The notes under the pieces are model-generated. The model was given only the letters and a program-made list of their open reading frames with translations, ran no database searches and was not told the DNA's origin. Both the position numbers and the translations under genes were made by a program. Positions 38,552-48,767 of a stretch of DNA of 64,000 nt are shown piece after piece. The DNA is taken from assembly GCA_963839235.1 (NCBI GenBank), contig CAWITX010000002.1:118255-182254 (forward strand), in the 5' to 3' direction. This DNA is from an uncultured Flavobacteriaceae bacterium. Lineage in GTDB: Bacteria > Bacteroidota > Bacteroidia > Flavobacteriales > Flavobacteriaceae. Numbering within the stretch: the first letter of the stretch is position 1; each line of letters begins with the position of its first letter.

Positions 38552-38610
38552 AAAAAGTTACAGGTTGCAGGTTCATTTTAAATATTAACTTCAACTAGAA
38601 CTTCACCGTT

Positions 38611-39885
38611 TCAACTTTTTTTAAACGGACGAATAATCAATCGTGCCGCACGGTCATAATTTATGTAACTGTAGGTCCAGTTTATAAATGTTACCACCCT
38701 ATTTCTGAAACCTACCAAAAACCACAAATGCACGAACATCCACAAAAACCAGGCAATGGCGCCGCCAAAGTGCATTTTCCAAATATCAACTACGGCTTTG
38801 TTTCTGCCCACGGTTGCCATGGTGCCTTTATCTAAATATTCAAAAGGTTCCGGCGCTTCTCCCTTTAAAGTTTTTTTGAAATTTTTCCCCAATTGTTTTC
38901 CCTGTTGGATAGCTGGCTGCGCGACTTGCGGATGGCCTTTTGGGTAATCCTTGGTTTCCATTAGCGCAATATCGCCTAGAGCGAAAATATTTTGAAAACC
39001 TTTAATTTTATTGAATTCATCTACTTGGTATCTATTAGCCTTTTCAATTAAGGCTTCGCCATTTATACCTTTTATTGGCGCTCCCGTTACCCCCGCGGCC
39101 CAAATGAAAGTGGCCGTTTCAAAAGTTTTTCCATCTTTGGTGGTTACCGTTTTTCCGTCATAATCGCTGATGAACGTTTTAAGATGCACGTGCACGCCGA
39201 GTTTTTCCAAAAAATGTTGTGCCTTTTCGGAAGCGGTTTCGCTCATGGGCGGTAAAACCCGATCCAACCCTTCAATAAGGTGAACACACATTTCATCTTC
39301 ATCGAGTTCGGGATAATCGTTTTCAAGAATCCCCTTTCTGAATTCAGCCAACGCGCCCGCCAATTCAACCCCCGTTGGGCCTGCGCCCGCAATTACGAAA
39401 TTCAAAAGCCGCTTTCGTTCCAATTCGTTAGTGGTTATATCGGCCTTTTCAATATTCTGAAGAATCAAGCTTCTTATATTCAGTGCCTGTGGAACGGTTT
39501 TCATTGCCATGGCATTTTCCGCAATGTTTTCATTTCCGAAGAAATTGGTACGCGTACCGGTAGCTATTACCAAATAATCATAGGAAAGTTCACCTATGGA
39601 AGTTTTTATAATATTTTCATCCGGTTCAACCGAGAAAACTTCTGCCATTCTAAAATGGAAATCTTTGTTTTTTCTGAAAATTTTTCGCAGAGGGTACGCT
39701 ATTGAATCCGGTTCCAGCCCAGCGGTGGAAACCTGGTAAAGCAATGGCTGGAAAGTATGGTAATTGTGGCGATCGAAAAGGACAACTTGCACATTTTCAT
39801 TCTTAAGTTGCTTTATAAGAGAAATCCCGGCAAAACCTCCCCCAATTACAACGATTCTGGGGGCACCGGTAGAGGGTATATTCAT
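38611..39885 (-). CDS. ndh: type II NADH:quinone oxidoreductase (NDH-2)
   Basis: Two dinucleotide-binding motifs (VVIGGGFAG and VIAGAGPTGVELAG), a GDIA motif and a C-terminal membrane-association helix. Confidence 0.85.
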   Translation of the reverse strand: MNIPSTGAPRIVVIGGGFAGISLIKQLKNENVQVVLFDRHNYHTFQPLLYQVSTAGLEPDSIAYPLRKIFRKNKDFHFRMAEVFSVEPDENIIKTSIGELSYDYLVIATGTRTNFFGNENIAENAMAMKTVPQALNIRSLILQNIEKADITTNELERKRLLNFVIAGAGPTGVELAGALAEFRKGILENDYPELDEDEMCVHLIEGLDRVLPPMSETASEKAQHFLEKLGVHVHLKTFISDYDGKTVTTKDGKTFETATFIWAAGVTGAPIKGINGEALIEKANRYQVDEFNKIKGFQNIFALGDIALMETKDYPKGHPQVAQPAIQQGKQLGKNFKKTLKGEAPEPFEYLDKGTMATVGRNKAVVDIWKMHFGGAIAWFLWMFVHLWFLVGFRNRVVTFINWTYSYINYDRAARLIIRPFKKS

Positions 39886-39933
39886 GGAGTTTTTTATATT
39901 CCCAAAGTTACCATTACTTCAAGAAGTTACCTT

Positions 39934-39941
39934 TATTTTTG
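39934..39941 (+). promoter_or_regulatory. candidate Bacteroidota -7 promoter box (TAnnTTTG) upstream of the ECF sigma gene
   Basis: TATTTTTG lies 59 nt upstream of the TTG start at 40000. No -33 element was verified. Confidence 0.3.
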
Positions 39942-39999
39942 TGATTTTTGTAACAAAGCATTTTTACTGAACACTAATAAACAGCCAACAAAATAACCA

Positions 40000-40494
40000 T
40001 TGAACAAGGAACTGGAACATAGTTTTGTGACCCAACTGGAGGAAAATCAAAACATTGTACATAAAATATGTAGGTTATATACCAATGACAGCGACGCCCA
40101 CAACGACCTGTTTCAGGAGATAACTATACAGTTGTGGCGCGCGTATCCAAAATTTAGGGGAGATTCCAAATTTAGCACTTGGATGTATCGAGTGGCGCTG
40201 AACACGGCTATTACCCTTTACAGAAAATCAAAAAGAAGCATTAAAACCCAGGATTTTGAAGGGGTAAGTTTTAAAATAACCGCGCACGAATATGATGATA
40301 CCGTTGAGCAACAATTGAAATTAATGTACAGCGCGGTGAAAAACCTGAATGATATTGACAAGGCGCTGGTATTCCTTTATTTGGAAGACAAAAATTATAG
40401 GGAAATTTCAGAAACCTTGGGTATAACTGAAGTAAACGCCCGGGTAAAAATGAATAGAATAAAAGAAAAATTACGAACTATATTAAATCCGTAG
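40000..40494 (+). CDS. ECF-type RNA polymerase sigma-70 factor
   Basis: Region 2 (DLFQEITIQLWRAYPKFRGDSKFSTWMYRVALNTAI) and the region 4 HTH (YREISETLGITEVNARVKMNRIKEKL). TTG start. Confidence 0.85.
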   Translation: MNKELEHSFVTQLEENQNIVHKICRLYTNDSDAHNDLFQEITIQLWRAYPKFRGDSKFSTWMYRVALNTAITLYRKSKRSIKTQDFEGVSFKITAHEYDDTVEQQLKLMYSAVKNLNDIDKALVFLYLEDKNYREISETLGITEVNARVKMNRIKEKLRTILNP

Positions 40495-40499
40495 GTACG

Positions 40500-41147
40500 A
40501 TGGATGAATTGGATTTATTGAAAAAACAATGGCAAAGCTCAGAGCAGGATCTGCCCCGCTTAAGCTACGACGATATATATAAAATGATTTTAAAAAAATC
40601 CTCTTCCATCGTGAAATGGATTTTCTATATAAGTATCGCAGAATTGATTTTCTGGACTATTTTGGCCTTTTTCGTTCCGGAATCCAGTGAAAAAGTAAAC
40701 GAAGGTTTAGGGATTGCCGATGTACTCGTGGTTATTAACCTATTGAATTATGTTGTTTTTGTATTTTTTATTGTCCTTTTCTATAAAAACTATCGCAAAA
40801 TTAAGGTTACCGATACCATTAAGGAACTTATGCAAAATATTTTAAGAACCCGTAAAACGGTAAAATATTTCGTGATATACAATGTTGGTACCACCGCCCT
40901 TCTCATATTTGGCGTCAATATTTTCTATTACACCCATCAAAACCTGCTTTATAAAATTATTGTTGAAAGCTACCCAACTTATAAATCGCTTACTCCCGAA
41001 AAATTCGGCACCGTATTTTTTATAACACAGTTTATTTTGGGAATAATATTGCTTGGGTTGGTGGTACTGTTTTACCGATTGGTGTACGGAATTTTGTTGA
41101 AAAGGTTAAAGAAAAACTACGGAGAACTTAAAAAAATAGAGATTTAA
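40500..41147 (+). CDS. multi-pass membrane protein, possible cognate anti-sigma factor
   Basis: 215 aa, 5 nt downstream of the sigma gene. A short cytoplasmic N-terminus is followed by 4 TM helices. The anti-sigma role is inferred from position only. Confidence 0.5.
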   Translation: MDELDLLKKQWQSSEQDLPRLSYDDIYKMILKKSSSIVKWIFYISIAELIFWTILAFFVPESSEKVNEGLGIADVLVVINLLNYVVFVFFIVLFYKNYRKIKVTDTIKELMQNILRTRKTVKYFVIYNVGTTALLIFGVNIFYYTHQNLLYKIIVESYPTYKSLTPEKFGTVFFITQFILGIILLGLVVLFYRLVYGILLKRLKKNYGELKKIEI

Positions 41148-41166
41148 AAAAGGAAGGAATAATAAC

Positions 41167-41970
41167 TCAATACCGCCACTGCCGCTGCTTGTTCAATTCT
41201 TCTTCGCTCTGTATCTCGCCCTTCGGAATTACCTTTAAAAATGAGGGATGCTGTTCAATGGCATATTCAAGTTTTTCTACTATTTCATCCATTTTATCAT
41301 TTTCATAATCAATTTCCAACGGCTCCTTAATATCCATTGATTGTAATATGCCGCGCTTTTTTATTCGGATTCCTTTTTTATCGAAGGATCTTCTAAAACC
41401 ATCTATAACAATGGGAACAACGATGGGTTTATTCTGTTTTATGATATGTGCGGTTCCGCGCCTAATTGGCTTCCAAGGCTTGGTGGTGCCTTGCGGAAAG
41501 GTTATTACCCACCCATCATTCAGCGCTTTTGTGATGTTACTCACGTCGCTCATTTTAACCTGCTTGTTCACTTCCTTTCCCTTTTCACGCCAAGTGCGCT
41601 CAATGCTAACTGAACCAGCGTAGGCCAGGATTTTAGGCAACAGACCAGCCTTCATCGTTTCCTTTGCGGCAACAAAATAGATATTGAGTTTTGGGTGCCA
41701 TAAATAGCCCACATTTTTTATACTGTCCTCCCTTCCACTCAAACTTGCATTAAAAACGTGCAGCATCGCGGCTACATCTGCAAAATAGGTTTGGTGGTTG
41801 CTTACAAAAAGTACGTTTTTATCTGGCAGTGTTTTTAAAATTTCACTCCCGTGGATCTGCAATTCGTTAAATCCCTTAAACCGTCTATGGGTTAAAAGGC
41901 CGGCTATGCGTATAAGCCAAAGCTTCAAAAAAACGTAATGTCCGAAGGGGTTTTTTTTGAAAAGACTCAT
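41167..41970 (-). CDS. lysophospholipid (1-acyl-sn-glycerol-3-phosphate) acyltransferase family protein
   Basis: The acyltransferase HX4D-block equivalent (VSNHQTYFAD) and the FPQGTT motif. Confidence 0.75.
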   Translation of the reverse strand: MSLFKKNPFGHYVFLKLWLIRIAGLLTHRRFKGFNELQIHGSEILKTLPDKNVLFVSNHQTYFADVAAMLHVFNASLSGREDSIKNVGYLWHPKLNIYFVAAKETMKAGLLPKILAYAGSVSIERTWREKGKEVNKQVKMSDVSNITKALNDGWVITFPQGTTKPWKPIRRGTAHIIKQNKPIVVPIVIDGFRRSFDKKGIRIKKRGILQSMDIKEPLEIDYENDKMDEIVEKLEYAIEQHPSFLKVIPKGEIQSEEELNKQRQWRY

Positions 41971-42078
41971 TTTATGTGGTCAGTATTCAGTGGTCAGTAA
42001 TCAGTTGGCGTTATTCAGTTGCAAAAAGAATGCAACATTTTCTTGATTTATTCCTGACAAATATACTAAAATATGCAG

Positions 42079-42720
42079 TTACAGCACCAATTTCAGCAAT
42101 TCGCGCACTTCGTTCAGCATCATTGCAGTAGCGCCCCAAACTATATGTCCGTTAAGTTTAAAAGCGGGAACTTCAATATTTTTAGCGTAGGAAGTGGTTA
42201 ATGTTTGTGTGATAATTTTAGTGTCATCCATAAAATCCCGAATGGTTACTTCTATCAAGGCTTCAACCTCTTCTTCCTGTAGGACGAATTGCGGGGCCGC
42301 GGTTGTAATACCCAAGAAAGGCTGAACAAAAAAATTGCTGGGGGGAATATAAATCTCGGTAAGTTTCTTTAAAACTGAAATTGCCTCGCGCGGGATTCCC
42401 ACTTCTTCCTCCGTTTCACGAAGGGCAGCACCTTCTATGTTTTCATCCTCTTCCTCCAACTTTCCACCCGGAAATCCCACCTGAGCGGAATGCACACCTT
42501 TATAGGTTTTCCGAAGAATTAAAATCAACCTGGTCTCAAAATTTTTCGAAGGATAAAACAGCGCCATTACTCCTGCCCTTTTTGCCGTGTTTTTCTCGCA
42601 AGCCACTCGCTTCAGTTCTTCCAAACGCTCTATCGGCGCCATTTTAAATTGCACCGCCTCGCCCGGAAGTTTCATTTTTGTTACTTTTACAATCCGTTTT
42701 TCAAAATCACGAAAATCCAT
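42079..42720 (-). CDS. NUDIX hydrolase, CoA pyrophosphatase-like
   Basis: Nudix box GGKLEEEDENIEGAALRETEEEVGI, preceded by the LRKTYKGVHSAQVGFPGG motif typical of CoA pyrophosphatases. Confidence 0.8.
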   Translation of the reverse strand: MDFRDFEKRIVKVTKMKLPGEAVQFKMAPIERLEELKRVACEKNTAKRAGVMALFYPSKNFETRLILILRKTYKGVHSAQVGFPGGKLEEEDENIEGAALRETEEEVGIPREAISVLKKLTEIYIPPSNFFVQPFLGITTAAPQFVLQEEEVEALIEVTIRDFMDDTKIITQTLTTSYAKNIEVPAFKLNGHIVWGATAMMLNEVRELLKLVL

Positions 42721-42722
42721 TT

Positions 42723-43445
42723 ATGCGACAGTTGTTTATTTATTTCTTAGGAATTGTTCTTTTCCTCGGAAGCTGCGAAGATAAGAAAAAGGCTCCCGAA
42801 ACCGATAGCTATCGGGATGAAGTACAAGTTCAAAAAGATACCATTTCAGAAAAAAAGAAAGAGGAAAAACCGGATTCCACAAAAACCTATCCCCAAATTA
42901 CCAATGAAAATGTGGTGCCTTTTTTAACGGAATACGGTGAAAAAAATCCCGAGACGAAAGTTTTAATTTCTACCCGATTTGGCGATATAGAAATAGAGCT
43001 TTACAAAGACACGCCGCTGCACCGCGCCAATTTTATTTATTTGGTGAAACAGAATTACTTTGATGACACTTATTTTCACCGCGCCGTTCCCAATTTTATA
43101 ATTCAGGGCGGTAATAGCGATAATGCCTCAACGCAGGAAAAAAGAGCGGAATTGGGCAAGGATTATAGGCTTCCCGCGGAGATTATCCCCGGCAGGATTC
43201 ACGAGTACGGAACCGTTTCCGGCGCAAAGGAATACCGAAAAAATCCCGATAAGAAAACGGCTCCCTATGAATTTTTCATCTTTCTCGGCCCACCTTCTTC
43301 TACCGTCCATTTAAATGGAAACTATACAATTTTTGGAAAAGTAACCAAAGGAATGGATGTGGTTGAGGAAATTTCAAAACAAAAGACCGACGATGGGGAT
43401 TGGCCGCTGCAGAATATTCATATTTCGGCGAAAGTGATATATTAA
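42723..43445 (+). CDS. cyclophilin-type peptidyl-prolyl cis-trans isomerase, lipoprotein
   Basis: Lipobox FLGSC, a Lys/Glu-rich linker, then the cyclophilin core (FHRAVPNFIIQGG, FFIFLG, YTIFGKV). The start is taken at ATG 42723. Confidence 0.85.
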   Translation: MRQLFIYFLGIVLFLGSCEDKKKAPETDSYRDEVQVQKDTISEKKKEEKPDSTKTYPQITNENVVPFLTEYGEKNPETKVLISTRFGDIEIELYKDTPLHRANFIYLVKQNYFDDTYFHRAVPNFIIQGGNSDNASTQEKRAELGKDYRLPAEIIPGRIHEYGTVSGAKEYRKNPDKKTAPYEFFIFLGPPSSTVHLNGNYTIFGKVTKGMDVVEEISKQKTDDGDWPLQNIHISAKVIY

Positions 43446-43469
43446 ATTCCAAATTTAAAATTCAAAGTT

Positions 43470-43513
43470 TTATCCTTCTAATTTTCCTATAAAACTTTCA
43501 AGGATAATTTTTT
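43470..43513 (+). terminator. probable terminator after the PPIase gene
   Basis: 8-bp stem ttatcctt / aaggataa with a long loop, followed by TTTTTTC. Confidence 0.4.
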
Positions 43514-43548
43514 CATCATCATAATTCATACACTTATCCACTCATAAA

Positions 43549-44163
43549 CTATTCCTCTTCCTTCCTATATATACTCGGCAAAGAAAGATTGAAGTACACC
43601 GCCAACAGACGAACGGTAATTACTACTGAACCGGAAATAATTACATTAAAATCTGGGAACAATGACGTTTTCAATAAAAGAAAATAAGTTAAAGCACCCA
43701 AAATACAGGCCGTAGCATAAATTTCCTTTCTAAAAATAATAGGAATTTCAGCACAAAGAATATCTCGGATAACCCCGCCAAAACAAGCTGTCATCGTCCC
43801 CAGTGCTATGCAAATAACTGGGGGAAATCCGGCTGCGATACCTTTTTCAACGCCCACGATTGTGTAAAGGGCAAGTCCAATGGTATCAAACAAAAACAAC
43901 GACCTACGAATATACCCAAGTCTTTTTCGAAATATTACGGCGAAAATAGTGGACCCTACAATTACATATACAAAGGTCAAATTACGCATCCACGCTACGG
44001 GAACATCAATCAGCACATCGCGTAATGTACCCCCACCAACGGCCGTGACGAAAGCGATTATTAAAATCCCGAAGGGATCCAACCGTTTGTTCAACGCCGT
44101 GAGCACCCCTGAAATCGCAAAGGCAATTGTCCCGAGAATATCAATTAATAATATCAACTTCAC
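43549..44163 (-). CDS. trimeric intracellular cation channel-like (UPF0126/YadS) membrane protein
   Basis: 204 aa containing two copies of the UPF0126 glycine-rich motif (AVGGGTLRDVL and CFGGVIRDIL). Confidence 0.8.
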   Translation of the reverse strand: MKLILLIDILGTIAFAISGVLTALNKRLDPFGILIIAFVTAVGGGTLRDVLIDVPVAWMRNLTFVYVIVGSTIFAVIFRKRLGYIRRSLFLFDTIGLALYTIVGVEKGIAAGFPPVICIALGTMTACFGGVIRDILCAEIPIIFRKEIYATACILGALTYFLLLKTSLFPDFNVIISGSVVITVRLLAVYFNLSLPSIYRKEEE

Positions 44164-44876
44164 ATTTTCTGGGTATAATAGTTATAGTCCTTTATCACTT
44201 TATCAATAAATTTAATTGGAGTTTCCTCCAACTTCACCTCCATCACTTTTGAAACGCGGTTTGCCAATTTCAAAATAACATTATGGTTTCCGTTATAGCG
44301 CGCTTCGGTAAATACGTTTTTTATGGTCTGCATTTCAGAATCGCTGAAAACTGTAACCTGCGGATAATTGGGTTCGTAATTTTCTGGAATATCGGCCAAA
44401 ATGGTCTGTGAAAAAGTCACCGTCTGCTTCTCCGTAATAACCGTTGTTGCGGCTGCCAAATCGCCAATCCGTTGTCCCTTTCCGTTCAATAAAATAGTTA
44501 CCACTGCCAAAGCACCGCTGGTTGCAGTTATGTCTATTATTCGCAACAACCAACGCAATAGATAGTTTGAAAAGGCAGGTTTTGAACCGTCCAACTTTAC
44601 CACTCGAAGGTTCATTGCAGCTTTTCCTGGGCTTCGCCCGTTCCAAAGAGTTTCCCATAACAGGTGATACAGAAATAGCGGAAGGCCGATGGTTAAACCC
44701 ACAATCATTACGTAATCATCGGCGAGATCTACACCTGAAAAAAGTAGAATGACCATAAAAATGTAAAAGCCCATCAACAGCCCGTCAATTAAATACGCCA
44801 AAATGCGTTCCCCAACGCCCGCCACGTTTTGCAGAATGTTTACATTTTGGGCGGTTTCTATTTGAAAATTATCCAT
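44160..44876 (-). CDS. RDD family membrane protein
   Basis: RILAYLIDGLL...GRSPGKAAMNLRVV...RIGDLAAATTVI is the RDD pattern. The start is taken at ATG 44876. Confidence 0.8.
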   Translation of the reverse strand: MDNFQIETAQNVNILQNVAGVGERILAYLIDGLLMGFYIFMVILLFSGVDLADDYVMIVGLTIGLPLFLYHLLWETLWNGRSPGKAAMNLRVVKLDGSKPAFSNYLLRWLLRIIDITATSGALAVVTILLNGKGQRIGDLAAATTVITEKQTVTFSQTILADIPENYEPNYPQVTVFSDSEMQTIKNVFTEARYNGNHNVILKLANRVSKVMEVKLEETPIKFIDKVIKDYNYYTQKM

Positions 44877-44910
44877 TAAATCTGTTTCTTTGGCAAAAGT
44901 ACTGCACAAT

Positions 44911-45879
44911 ATGCGCGAGGCCGCTTTTGCGAAGCAAAATAAAGATAAATGGTTACAATTTGAAAATGTTCTTCGGAATAATGCTCAAATGAATCCCGAT
45001 GAACTCAGCGCACTATATATTGAAGTTACCGATCATTTAAGCTACGCCCGAACTTTTTATCCCAAAAGCAACACCCTGAAATATTTAAACGGTCTTTCCG
45101 TTTTGGCCCACCAAAAAATTTACAGGAGCAAACGCGAATCGCGAACGCGATTTATCACTTTTTATACCAAGGAATTCCCGCTATTTTTTTCGAAGTACCA
45201 CAAACAGTTGCTCATTGTTTTTGTAGTATTTCTGCTCTTTTCAATTGTAGGTGCATATTCTGCAGCAACGGATGGGAATTTTGTTCGACTTATTTTGGGC
45301 GATGGTTATGTAAATATGACGCTGGCAAATATTGAAAAAGGAGACCCAATGGCGGTTTACAAGGAAATGGGCGCACTGAATATGTTTTTGGGAATAACGA
45401 TAAATAATATAACCGTTGCACTTTATGCCTTTGTTTATGGCTTGTTTTTAAGCCTGGGAACCATTTTTATTATAATGCGAAATGCAATTATGCTCGGCTC
45501 CTTTCAGTATTTCTTTTATGAAAAGGGAATGCTTTGGGAATCTGCCCGAACCATTTGGATTCACGGCACTATTGAAATTTCAGTAATTATCATTGCCGCC
45601 TGTGCTGGCTTGGTATTGGGGAACAGCATTTTATTTCCGGGAACTTTTACACGATTGCAATCCTTCGTGCGCGGGGCCAAGGACGGATTGAAAATTATGC
45701 TCAGCACCGTACCATTTTTCATAATCGCGGGATTTCTGGAAGGTTTCGTTACCCGACACACCGAAATGCCGGATTGGCTGGCAATTCTTATTATAGGAAG
45801 CTCCCTTTTTCTCATTATATATTATTACGTTCTGTATCCTTTGAAGTTGAAAAAGAAGTTTATGAGTTTAAAAGTTTAG
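44911..45879 (+). CDS. SpoIIM-like (stage II sporulation protein M family) membrane protein
   Basis: Multi-pass membrane protein with the HGTIEISVIIIAACAG motif typical of the SpoIIM/DUF95 family. It is divergent from the RDD gene. Confidence 0.7.
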   Translation: MREAAFAKQNKDKWLQFENVLRNNAQMNPDELSALYIEVTDHLSYARTFYPKSNTLKYLNGLSVLAHQKIYRSKRESRTRFITFYTKEFPLFFSKYHKQLLIVFVVFLLFSIVGAYSAATDGNFVRLILGDGYVNMTLANIEKGDPMAVYKEMGALNMFLGITINNITVALYAFVYGLFLSLGTIFIIMRNAIMLGSFQYFFYEKGMLWESARTIWIHGTIEISVIIIAACAGLVLGNSILFPGTFTRLQSFVRGAKDGLKIMLSTVPFFIIAGFLEGFVTRHTEMPDWLAILIIGSSLFLIIYYYVLYPLKLKKKFMSLKV

Positions 45880-45915
45880 AAGTATCAATAGCATCAATAG
45901 TATCAAAAGAACCCA

Positions 45916-46785
45916 ATGAACGAAAAAATAGAATTTAAAAAACAGCGCGAGCTCGGAAGCATTTTAACCGATATATTTAAATTTATACGCCTCAACTGGA
46001 AATTACTTTTCGGACTAATCCTCAAAATCGCCGGTCCCGCCTTACTTGTAATGCTTGGCGCATATGTGTTCTACATGCAATCTATGGTTGGCGGATTTGG
46101 ACTCATACAGACTTTAGGCACGTTTGACGCATTTTCAACTAACGTGGTTTTGGGTATTATGGTTTTGCTTCTTGCGGCAATTGTATATTATGCGCTACTG
46201 AATGGAGTGGTACTTCACTTTATAAAATCCTATATTAAAAATAACGGGGAGGTAATAAAAGAGGAAGTAACCGCGGGCGTAAAAAATGATTTTTGGAATT
46301 TATTGGGAACAGGCGTTTTAGTAGGCATAGCCGTAGCAATTGGCGCAATGTTCTGCTTCGTCCCAGGAATTTATTTAGGCGTTGTTTTTTCCATTGCATA
46401 CGCCGTTTTGGTCTTTGAAAGAAAACAAGTTTGGGATACGCTCAGTTACTGTTTCGATTTAATAAGAAGCGAATGGTGGATGACTTTCGCAACATTTTTC
46501 GTGATGTTCCTGCTATACTACTTCATTATGGTAATCTTCCAAATTCCGCAGTACATTTATTTTTTCATAAAAACGTTTACGATGGGCCAGGAAATTTCGG
46601 CCGATCCTACTTCAATGTTTGATTGGGTTTACATAACCCTCACTACCATTGGGATGGTTTTTCAATACCTGCTGTATTCTATAATTGTAATTTGTTCGGC
46701 TTTTGTGTATTTCAATTTGAATGAAAAGAAAAATTTCACCGGTACAATAGAAACCATTGAATCCATAGGAAGACGGGAAGAATAA
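45916..46785 (+). CDS. uncharacterised multi-pass membrane protein
   Basis: 289 aa with about 6 TM helices. Part of the co-directional cluster 44911..51233. Confidence 0.6.
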   Translation: MNEKIEFKKQRELGSILTDIFKFIRLNWKLLFGLILKIAGPALLVMLGAYVFYMQSMVGGFGLIQTLGTFDAFSTNVVLGIMVLLLAAIVYYALLNGVVLHFIKSYIKNNGEVIKEEVTAGVKNDFWNLLGTGVLVGIAVAIGAMFCFVPGIYLGVVFSIAYAVLVFERKQVWDTLSYCFDLIRSEWWMTFATFFVMFLLYYFIMVIFQIPQYIYFFIKTFTMGQEISADPTSMFDWVYITLTTIGMVFQYLLYSIIVICSAFVYFNLNEKKNFTGTIETIESIGRREE

Positions 46786-46786
46786 T

Positions 46787-47557
46787 ATGCGAAAATCAGC
46801 TTTTCTTTTTCTGTTCTTGTTGCTGAATGTTTATGCACATTCCAACACTCCTTTGCAGGATTCCATTGCACCTAAACAGGAAAAGGAAATTAAATATGAC
46901 CAAAGCGAAAACCTAAATCCACCGAATTTCAATCAGGAAAAAATCCGTAATTATAAAAGTGAAAAAGCCTTCGATTATTCTGAAAAACCTGTCGAAGAAA
47001 ATTGGTGGACGCAATTTAAAAACTGGATTTGGGGACTTTGGCTAAAATTTTGGCACTGGCTCGTAGGCGATTTTGAGGCGGGAGGATTCATTTCATTTTT
47101 AGTCCACGTCTTGCCCTACCTTTTTATTTTCGGAATTCTTGCGTTTGTAATTTGGCTTTTATATAAACTGAACCCCGGAGCGACCTTTTTTAAATCGAAA
47201 GAAAAACCAGGCGTTTTCTTTTCCGAAGAGGAAGAAATAATCAAAAGCAAAAACATAAAAAAACTCATTGAAAAAGCGCTCGCCAATAAGGATTACAGGC
47301 TTGCCGTGCGATATTATTATTTGTTTATTCTGAAAAAATTGACCGATGCCGAACTGATAAATTACGAATTCGATAAAACCAACAGCGAATATTTTGCTGA
47401 AATTGCTTCGGAAAAAATCAATTCCGGCTTCCGAAAAGTCACAACTTTATACGATTACATTTGGTACGGAAGCTTTGCCGTTACCGAAGAGGATTTTCTA
47501 AAAGCCCAAAAGACATTCGTTTCACTGGAAAACCAAATCCCGAAATCAGTTGAGTAA
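46787..47557 (+). CDS. DUF4129 domain-containing membrane protein
   Basis: Signal/TM region, then the C-terminal pattern DYRLAVRYYYLFILKKL...INYEFDKTNSEY typical of DUF4129. Confidence 0.65.
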   Translation: MRKSAFLFLFLLLNVYAHSNTPLQDSIAPKQEKEIKYDQSENLNPPNFNQEKIRNYKSEKAFDYSEKPVEENWWTQFKNWIWGLWLKFWHWLVGDFEAGGFISFLVHVLPYLFIFGILAFVIWLLYKLNPGATFFKSKEKPGVFFSEEEEIIKSKNIKKLIEKALANKDYRLAVRYYYLFILKKLTDAELINYEFDKTNSEYFAEIASEKINSGFRKVTTLYDYIWYGSFAVTEEDFLKAQKTFVSLENQIPKSVE

Positions 47558-48767
47558 GCTTCAAAAAATATTCCTTTTCAGTTTTCTGCTAGTGCTGGCG
47601 GCCTTGGTGTATATGGAAGCCACGAAACCGCAGCCCGTAAACTGGTTTCCGAGCTACAGCAAACTCGATAAAATTCCGTTGGGAAGTTTTGTGTTGCACG
47701 ATTTGCTGAACGAATCTTTTGGTGAAGAAATGGAAGAAAAAGACCTTCCGCCGTTTGAAACTTTGCAGGATAGCACTTTAAAAGGCACTTATTTTTTTGT
47801 AAACAATTCTATCAATTTCGATAAAACCGAACTGGATTCGCTTTTAAATTGGGCCGAAAAAGGAAATACCGTTTTTATTTCGGCCAATGATTTGGGCGAA
47901 AACCTGCTCGACACTCTAAAATTGGAAACAAATACCGAAGTAAACGTAGAAGGAATGGGCACCCAGCCGTTGTTGAAATTGGTGAATGATAAGTTCGCTT
48001 CGCAGATACCGTTTCACATTAAAAAAGATTTACCGGTGCGCTATTTCTCAAAGATTGATACTGCATCGCAAACGGTTTTGGGAGTTTCAGATGCTTTTAC
48101 TGATTCTGTTAAAATAAAAGATCCACAAATTAATTTCCTCAAAATCCCAATAGGAAAAGGGCAAATTTTTCTGCATTTACAGCCTGAAATTTTTTCAAAC
48201 TTTTTTTTGCTTTCCGAAGAAAATGCAACGCATACGGCCCAGGTTCTTTCCTATTTAAATAACGGCAAAACCCTTTATTTTGACAATTATTACAAATCGG
48301 GAAAACACTTGGATATTTCGCCCTTGCGAGTCTTACTTAACAACAAATATTTTAAATGGGCGTATTATTTTGTGCTGATTGGCGTGTTGCTTTTCATCAT
48401 TTTTGAAGGTCGGAGAAAGCAACGAAGCATCCCAATTGTTGAACCACTGATCAACAAAACCTACGAATATACGCGGACGATTGCGGGAATGTACCTGGAA
48501 AAAAATGAGAATCATTTGATTGCCAAAAAACAGATTGCCCTCTTTTTGGAATATATTAGAACACGATTGCGCTTGCCTACCGAAAATATAAACGAGCGTT
48601 TTTATAAATCTGTTGCCGAACGCAGCGGAAACACTCACGAAGACACGCTGAAACTCTTTACTTTTATCGAAAAAGTGAACAACCAAAACAATACTAGCAA
48701 AGAAGAATTAGTGAAATTACACCAAGAAATAAAGGAATTTAAAAAGAACACCGATGGAAAATCCTGA
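47550..48767 (+). CDS. DUF4350-like membrane-anchored protein
   Basis: 405 aa with an N-terminal TM, a large extracytoplasmic domain and a second TM near residue 270. It overlaps both neighbours (8 nt and 14 nt). TTG start. The family call is tentative. Confidence 0.55.
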   Translation: MSKLQKIFLFSFLLVLAALVYMEATKPQPVNWFPSYSKLDKIPLGSFVLHDLLNESFGEEMEEKDLPPFETLQDSTLKGTYFFVNNSINFDKTELDSLLNWAEKGNTVFISANDLGENLLDTLKLETNTEVNVEGMGTQPLLKLVNDKFASQIPFHIKKDLPVRYFSKIDTASQTVLGVSDAFTDSVKIKDPQINFLKIPIGKGQIFLHLQPEIFSNFFLLSEENATHTAQVLSYLNNGKTLYFDNYYKSGKHLDISPLRVLLNNKYFKWAYYFVLIGVLLFIIFEGRRKQRSIPIVEPLINKTYEYTRTIAGMYLEKNENHLIAKKQIALFLEYIRTRLRLPTENINERFYKSVAERSGNTHEDTLKLFTFIEKVNNQNNTSKEELVKLHQEIKEFKKNTDGKS

